From assembly GCA_051530055.1 (NCBI GenBank), contig CM121342.1, positions 7,572,691 to 7,636,690 on the forward strand: a stretch of 64,000 bases of DNA. Reading direction: 5' to 3'. The position numbers and the translations under genes were made by a program. Below, piece by piece: positions 56,701 through 64,000 of the stretch. Source of the stretch: Neoechinorhynchus agilis (lineage: Eukaryota > Animalia > Acanthocephala). Below the pieces are notes generated by a model, which saw nothing but the letters and a program-made list of their open reading frames with translations, was not told the DNA's origin and made no database searches. The first letter of the stretch is position 1. Each line of letters opens with the position of its first letter.

Positions 56701-59638
56701 GAGATGGACAATATACTGTCCTTGAAGACAAAACACGTCCCTTATACAGAGCGGATGAAGTCAAGAATTTCGATGGAATAGAGTGTCAGTGGCCCTTGTT
56801 TTACGCTCAAATGGTCATTGACGCTTGCTTCCGTGAAAATGAGGAGACTCGTGAAGAGTACATGAGAAAGCTTCAACCACTTTTGCAGTATCAGGAGAAT
56901 GGTGACATGATGCCAATGTATTTCTATGTCGATCGCGATCAAATCGATACTGCTCGAAACGATCCGGATTCCTGTTGTTTTATGTGTTGTAACGAACTTG
57001 AAGAATCGGTCGGTACTGCGCCTCGAGTGTTCCTATTTGGTCAAGCAATATGGATAATCGCTCAACTCTTAGCAGAGAAACTTCTAAGGCCGAACGACCT
57101 CGATCCTGTTATGAGACACGAACGTCCTAGTAATCGACCTGCAAGGTTTTCTCGTTATTCATCCATTCACGGGATGTATCCAGACCTCGTAGTCCAAGTG
57201 ATCGCAATCGCCGAAAGTGCTAGGCTCCAACAGCTTCTTTTAACCTATGGCATTATAACTCAGACTCCTAAACAGATTGAACCGATTCGAATATGGCCAC
57301 CATCGGAGCTAGTTCGAGCTTATGGACATTTAGGTGTAAATGAAAAATTTGAATTTACAGGCAGACCACCTAGACCTATCGGCGTTCTCGGGACCAGTAA
57401 GATATATAGAATCTGCTCTCAAATGGTCATTTGCTACCCGTTAACATTTGAAACCGTGGAATTTTATATATCTCACGATTTGTCTCTTCTGCTTGACAAT
57501 GTTCGGGTAAGTGTGCTTGCCAAGAATGCTAAGTGTCAAGCGATTGAGTTTAGGAAGATTTTGAATTTCTAAAAAGAGGTTGGAAGCTTAAAGGCAGACC
57601 TGTCTATTTGTTGCTTATCAAAGAAGCTCACGTAAAGTAAGTAAATTTTATAAAAATTTGGCCATAAGTTAAATTTTCTAAAAAATTGTTTCTAGAGGTA
57701 TCACGCGTTTAAATGTCGTTTGACCCCCATTTTAGGAGTCAACAAAAGACTGAAATTTTAAGTCTACTCGACGCTGTCAAGACCGGTGAAGTTAATGGAG
57801 TTCGCGTTCGTCTGAGCAGACTTCAAACAGTAGTTTCATCTGCAGTGATTGAACATCTCGATTTTCTAAGCATTCCCGATAGCCATTTCGTCGCCAGTGC
57901 TATCGAAGAGCTAAAACTCGATGAGTGGTACTATAAGAGTCTTACTGAGATTTCGTATAAAGAACCGAATCAGAAATATTCTGGCGCCGATCAGCCTCGC
58001 CTTGAGGATTATTCCACGCTCAACCACGATCAACTAGAGGAAAAACTTTGTTCTCTTCGTTCTAATACGGACGATGACTCCGGGGATATGTTTCAACGGT
58101 GTCAGATTCTCAACGAATTTGCTCGAAGACATGGCTTAGAGCACGTCGTCCAAGGAAGTGACACTACTCGTAAATCGGTTAAAGAATATACTGAACATAT
58201 GCTCGATATGGCAAGTGAAACCCACAATTGGGCCCTTATGAGGTATTGCTCGGCAACTTTACGTTTATTCGTAAACAGCCTTGCTCCGTCGATCACTAAT
58301 ATCATTGCCAGGGGTAAGATCGTGTCGTTTCATAAGAAAGGTTGCGAGAACGACGAAATCGAGATCAGTAAACCTATACAACCTCAAGAAATTTATAATA
58401 TTATTTAAAGAACGAAGCCCGCATTATCAATTGAATCTTGAAAATATTCCTGGGCTAGAATAATGCACCGTCTCGTGACTTGACTCCTACAATCCTTTTT
58501 AAATTATTTAATTTATTTCAGGAAGTTGAGCGTATTTTGTCAGTTCTAAACAAAAATAGTTTATAAACGTCCACACCGACACTATTTTTTACCATTCTTG
58601 GCTTTATTTTAAACTTATTACGTGAATTTCCTTTACATTATCGGCTTGCATTATAATATTCTAGATCAAAAATTTCTGATACTGTTTAATCGTTTCCAGT
58701 AAACTTCCTTTTTTTTGCTTATCTTTTGCGGAAAATTCTTCATGTTCAAAGAACGCTGATTTCTTCAATCTTATAAAAATTTAAAGCAAACTTTATACTG
58801 ATGCGGACTACTTCCATACGACCAATGTTCATCAAGCGATCCATTTTTCGCTGTAATCGTTCAAGAAATGATCTTGTGCATTTCAAACTTTATGTCTACT
58901 GAGCCCCTAATTTTTGAAGGCATACTAAAACTACGATTTGAATGTATTTTCGAAGCAATGAAGTACGAACTCGATCCGTTTTCACGAGATGTCAACGAAC
59001 AAGTGAACATTTATTCTCTATCTCCTAATGAACTTAAACAACTCGTCTACTATGTATTTACTTGCAACAATACTTTCCCGGAAAGAGATTGTGTAACCCG
59101 TCGTCGATTGGACGGTCTTTTGAACAGATCACCTCTTTCGTTCTACGATCACGCCTGGGCTATTCTAGAACGAACCTATGGGGTTCGGATCGCCGGTACT
59201 TTACTTCCCAGCCAACCAACCTTGTCCGATATGACAAATTACGAACTTAATTTCAGTCTTATGGTCGAGAGAATGCTGAGCAATCTAAAGAATCCGGTCT
59301 ACCGACAATTAAACGTTGAACTGGTGCAGCTAATTTACGTGATCCTTTTTCGAAATAACGAAATCAAAGCCGAAAAAGTGATCGATCTCGATGAAATGAT
59401 CGAACTGGCTGTCAGCTTATTTGAAAAGGACACGGGAAAGCCGGGTACTATCGACGAGTTTGTTAAGCGACCACCCACACTTAGACGAGGTGGAACTACG
59501 AATTTCCTTGTTCGAGCAGCCACTGACCATCTTTTAAAACATCAACTAACGAACATTGATAATGAACGGAAACGGAGTAGTGACCTTTGCACTGGATTTA
59601 AAACTGATCTGTCATCTTCTGATTGTGTTATTAGCTGA
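53789..59638 (+). CDS. PHKB: Phosphorylase b kinase regulatory subunit beta, multi-exon
   Basis: [68 protein letters not shown]; C-terminal CAAX CVIS (beta-type). Confidence 0.93.
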
Positions 59639-60169
59639 TCTAGAAACTTAGTCCTTCTCACCTAATTGACGAAGAGCAAGTAAAACTATCTTTAGTATGG
59701 TGAGTTTTTTTTATCTACGACGAACATTGAGTCAATAAAGGTGAGTAGGAAGTTCGGTTTGGGTGTAATTAAACATTAGTTGACATGCGTTTTTATGAAT
59801 GTCGATTTATAACTAAAGTGGATCTGAAATGTAAGAACGTGTTATTATTTGCGAGTTTTCAAACTTTTTTTACTTTGCGGCTTAATTGCTTTATCAAAAA
59901 TTCAGGTGAGTAAAGATAAGAATAATAACAAAAAATCAGCTTTTGATCAAGACGAGGTAATTTTTGTTCTAGGCGAATAAAACCAACTATCAAGACTTAT
60001 TTAGGTTTATTGGATGAAGAACTTGACCAAGAACCATCACCATGGCAACCTCTGTAGTCAAACCGGCTTTTCGATGAAGAATTAAGAATCGATTATTCAC
60101 TCGATTGAGAATGTCGGTCAAAGGTACAACTTTTTTGTTTGATTTCCTTTGGTAAACCGTTTATTTTAG

Positions 60170-61956
60170 AAAACAATCAAAAGGAACAAGTTCGTCGCAG
60201 CCGCATATCTCATTACGATCGATTATTGTCACTCACAATTACGGGTAGATCATCGACGATGAATTTTTACACTGATTTAAAATATCTTCATCCAACGTAA
60301 GATCAAATCGCATTAATGCTTTCGTTTTTTAGTTCAATCGTTTAGAATTCGTCGAACATTCTCAGACATGGAACTCATCCGATCAGTCAGTATTCATTCT
60401 CGCGTCGGGATAGCATGGGTCTCTAGTCTCCGAGCTGTTCAAAGGGTGTTACCGTATGAAGGTCTTGTAAACCATGTAGGCAATGAGTTTCATTTTACCG
60501 ATAAGTTACGATTGGTAGAATTGCTTCGTTACTACGACCGTCGGAATAATGTGACTGATCGGCGACCGGTCGACGACTTGTTTGTGGATCATCCTAAATC
60601 TGTACCACCCACCTATGATATGATATCACCTGTAGCGAGACAACAAATTATCTCTGAGGCAAATGGTACGTTTTCTTTATAACTTTACTAACATTTTCGC
60701 ATTATATTCGTGTAACAAAATACGTTTCACTTTGTTCTTTTATTTGCAAAGAAATATCCGGCAGCTAAATATTGATATTAAACTCATTTATCTTAAGAAA
60801 ATGATATGTGGATAATGAAGCCTCCTGCGTTGAACCGAGGACGCGGGATCAGAATAATCCAAGGACTCAGCGAGCTTAAAGACGTAATTGATAAAAAAGG
60901 AACGGAGATATTTAAAACGCTTCCAAAATCTGCCTCAATGGGCCGATACTTGATTCAGAAATACATCAAAAATCCATTGTTGATCAATTATAAGAAATTT
61001 GATATTCGCAGTTATTTGGCCATTGTTGCCACCAATCCTTTACTGTGCTATCATCAACCTGGTTACATTCGGATATCACTTTATGATTACCGTTCAGATG
61101 ATAAGAGAGCTTTAGTACATTTGACAAATCAGGTATTGTGATCCTCGGGTGAAATTGCAAAAAGATATTAAATTCTTGTAATCGGGAATCACGCTCTATA
61201 ACGCCCCTTTTTACATTAAAAATGGGAAATTTGTTCTCATTTGTTTCAATCAGTGCGTTCAAAGACGCGATGAACGATATGAAATGGAAAAAGAAGATAC
61301 TGTATGGTCAATCAATCAACTCAATGATTACTTGAACACTCATTACGCTGATCATGTAAACTATAAACCAGATTGGGCACTCACTGAACTTCAAGTAATT
61401 TTTAGCTTTTTTTCACTTTCCCATTGACTGTTGTTGTAGGAAATTCAAAGAAGGATTTTAAGAAGAGTTGTAGATAGCGCCCGGTTGCGGTTGGCCCCGG
61501 TTGATGGTCAATTCGGTTTATACGGATGTGATTTTATGATCGACGAAAACCTGAAAGTCTATCTGATTGAAATTAACCTTGGTCCTGCTCTTGATACAAA
61601 CACAAAAGTGCTCTCCGATGTTATTCCTAAAGTACTCCGTGAAACAATCAGTGAGTTGTCGTGTGTTTTTTTGCGAATATTAACCAAAACTATTAAACTT
61701 TAAAGGATTGGCTGCTGAATGTTATGACAAAAAGCGATGTGGAATACGGTACTTACCACTGCTTTTAAAGCATTCAATGAAACTCGTCTACGCGTCACCG
61801 TTCAAACCTAGCATCAATCTGCCCGGTCCGTATACAATTGAGAGACATCTTCGGCGTGTTCAATTAATTGGTAGGTATCCGGTAGATTTAAAGAAGATTG
61901 CGATTGAGAAGTGTCTTGAGAGAAACGGATTAGTTTTCAATGAAAAGAAAAACTGA
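60170..61956 (+). CDS. TTLL10: Tubulin-tyrosine-ligase-like protein, TTLL10-like (further 5' exons lie upstream)
   Basis: WIMKPPALNRGRGI, IQKYIKNPLLINYKKFDIRSYL, HLTNQ, TVWSINQLNDY, FGLYGCDFMIDENLKVYLIEINLGPAL. The subfamily assignment is less sure than the family. Confidence 0.75.
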
Positions 61957-62746
61957 TTTAATTTTTGTCTAATTTGAACGTGATTTAGTCTAAAATGTAA
62001 GGTTCTGTTGAATTGAGGCTTAAAATAATAAGACAATAAAGAATCTTTTAGTTGCAAAAAACAGACATTCAAACACGCCGATGCTCATACCTAATTTTTT
62101 TTTGATTCGCCTCAAATGTTCTATTTAGATTTTTTTAGACTTTTAATATTTTAAATAATATCCAAATAAAGGAAACAAATCCCCATAGTAGGAGGATATT
62201 TCTCTATTTTTTAAATTATCCTCAAGCAAGAAATAAATCGAGAGAAACGTTGCACAAATAAGCGGACTGATTTTGTTAATACCTGTATTTAAAATAGTGC
62301 TCTTTAAAAGAAATCTTTATGTAAATCATAATTACAAGTATACTTTTCAGAATCTTTTTCAAAAAAGAAGAGCTTTCCTGTACTACGTAGTCGAATTCAA
62401 GAAATCCAATATCTACAATAAAGTATTTGTTATTATTGATATCCAGAAAAGTAATTCCTTAAAAAAAATCCCGGATTGTAATTTGTTTTCCAGAAAATAC
62501 TGCATTTTGCTTGTTCGCACTAAAATTTTATTCGCCTTTAAAAAACTTTTGTGTTAAATTCTAAAAATATCATGTAATATTTGTTAATCCTTTCGCTCAA
62601 AGGACCTTTTGCGATTCCTAAATGGTCGATTCAATCCATCCTTACAATCAAGTCTGTGATGATTCGCCTCGACCCTGTGTCCTCTGGCCAAGATAGTCAA
62701 TTATTCGTTTAATGCGTTTTTTTTCAACTCATGTCTACGTGTTCGT

Positions 62747-63652
62747 CTAATAAGTTGACAGTTCTGTGAGTGTACTTTCCAATTCTTCACAGACATTGCG
62801 ATATCTTTTCTTTCTATCCCTTATTTGATCTTCTAGTTCATCAATAACATCCTGAAGCTTCACAATTTCCTCTTCGGCCTTATTGGCTCTTTGCTCGGCC
62901 ACTTTAAATCTTGCATTAAGATCCTTTATTGTGTCATCAGCCACTTTATCGTTCTTCATTCTTTTTCGATTACTCACTTCCAAAGATTTCACATTATTAC
63001 TAACCACAACGAGTTCTTCTTCTAGTTCCACTAACTTCGCTTCTGCTTCATTCGCCGCTCGTTCCGTAGAATCAAGATCAATATCCATCACCGCCAACGT
63101 ACTCGAAACGTTCTCGAATTTGGTTTCACTTTCCTGTGCACTAGCTGTGACTTCAGCTAGTTGACTTTCTAATAAATTGATTCTGTCAATGTCCTGCTGT
63201 TTCCTTTGCTCCAGAGCTTTACAGTTTCGACTACTTTCATCCGCGACTCCGGACGCTTCATCTAATTTAACTGTAACTTGAGTCAATCTTTGATTTGTAG
63301 CTTCAACTTTATTCTCAAGTTCTCTAAGTTCATTTAAAAGTCGGTGCATTTCTGTGTCCGCTTCTTCTCCTTTTTGATCTTCGGTCTCTAAACGAGCTTC
63401 GGTGTCCGCTAACTGAGTTTTGAGCTGTTCAATCTCAGCTTCAGTGCTGGACATCTTTTTCCGAATATCCGTATTTTCCTGCTCAGCAGCAACAACCTTC
63501 TTTTCAATCTCCTTCACTCGTGCTTCAGCTTCGTCTGCAGCATCAATAGCATCCTCCTTTTCTTGGCGAAGAGCCATCATCTTCTTTCTAATGTTGCCCA
63601 TCACACTTATATCATTTCCACTACTAGATCCTGAAATCGAACCGGTCGACAT
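62747..63652 (-). CDS. Tropomyosin, intronless, with a 17-aa Ser/Gly N-terminal extension
   Basis: MGNIRKKMMALRQEKEDAIDAADEAE start, continuous heptads, LDEASGVADES, ELEEELVVVSNNVKSLE; Met18 to the stop gives exactly 284 aa. Confidence 0.9.
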   Translation of the reverse strand: MSTGSISGSSSGNDISVMGNIRKKMMALRQEKEDAIDAADEAEARVKEIEKKVVAAEQENTDIRKKMSSTEAEIEQLKTQLADTEARLETEDQKGEEADTEMHRLLNELRELENKVEATNQRLTQVTVKLDEASGVADESSRNCKALEQRKQQDIDRINLLESQLAEVTASAQESETKFENVSSTLAVMDIDLDSTERAANEAEAKLVELEEELVVVSNNVKSLEVSNRKRMKNDKVADDTIKDLNARFKVAEQRANKAEEEIVKLQDVIDELEDQIRDRKKRYRNVCEELESTLTELSTY

Positions 63653-64000
63653 TTTGACAAGTACACTGGATTCGGTTGGATGTAAGAGTAGAACTAAAAT
63701 GACGAGAGGGAGTGAGGGATAAATACAACCAAAAAAGACGAGACAAAAGGATCAACAGTGGCGATGATGAAAATATACAAGGAAATAGGACAGGGGCACA
63801 ACAAGGAGGTGAACAAGGTGTCACACACACCCAAGAGAGCAAACGCAATGACACTACCAAACATCATGCGCCTCCTCCTCCTCTTCATCGAGAATAATCG
63901 ACCTGGAATGCATGGAGGCAACGATGAAAAATACATATCCATTGACCTTGCTCAATCATGCGTGCTTAGTCTCGAGTTTTCTAAACGAAATATCCACTAT

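Overview
AT-rich genomic DNA from an animal (invertebrate-like, inferred) with short GT-AG introns of about 43-75 nt and divergent housekeeping genes: an LRR protein, two identical Tudor genes, an SLC17 transporter, LENG1, hsp70, NAT10, PHKB, a TTLL10-like ligase and tropomyosin. These are interleaved with retroelement debris (LINE, Penelope-like, Ty3/gypsy), two segmental duplications and four unrelated satellite arrays. Two things stand out. (1) A tRNA-derived, Pol III-type SINE/satellite family (about 7.8 kb, 16.9 kb and a 5-copy array at 45.2-47.1 kb) carries all hammerhead ribozyme core elements and three supported stems, but in a non-circularly permuted (pseudoknotted) order. (2) A roughly 4 kb GC-rich, decayed toti-like dsRNA virus insertion (capsid-like region, GGGUUUU slippery site, RdRp N-terminus) is fused, antisense, to the 5'-truncated end of a LINE. 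All protein and RNA identifications are by eye from recalled motifs; no database searches or folding programs were run.
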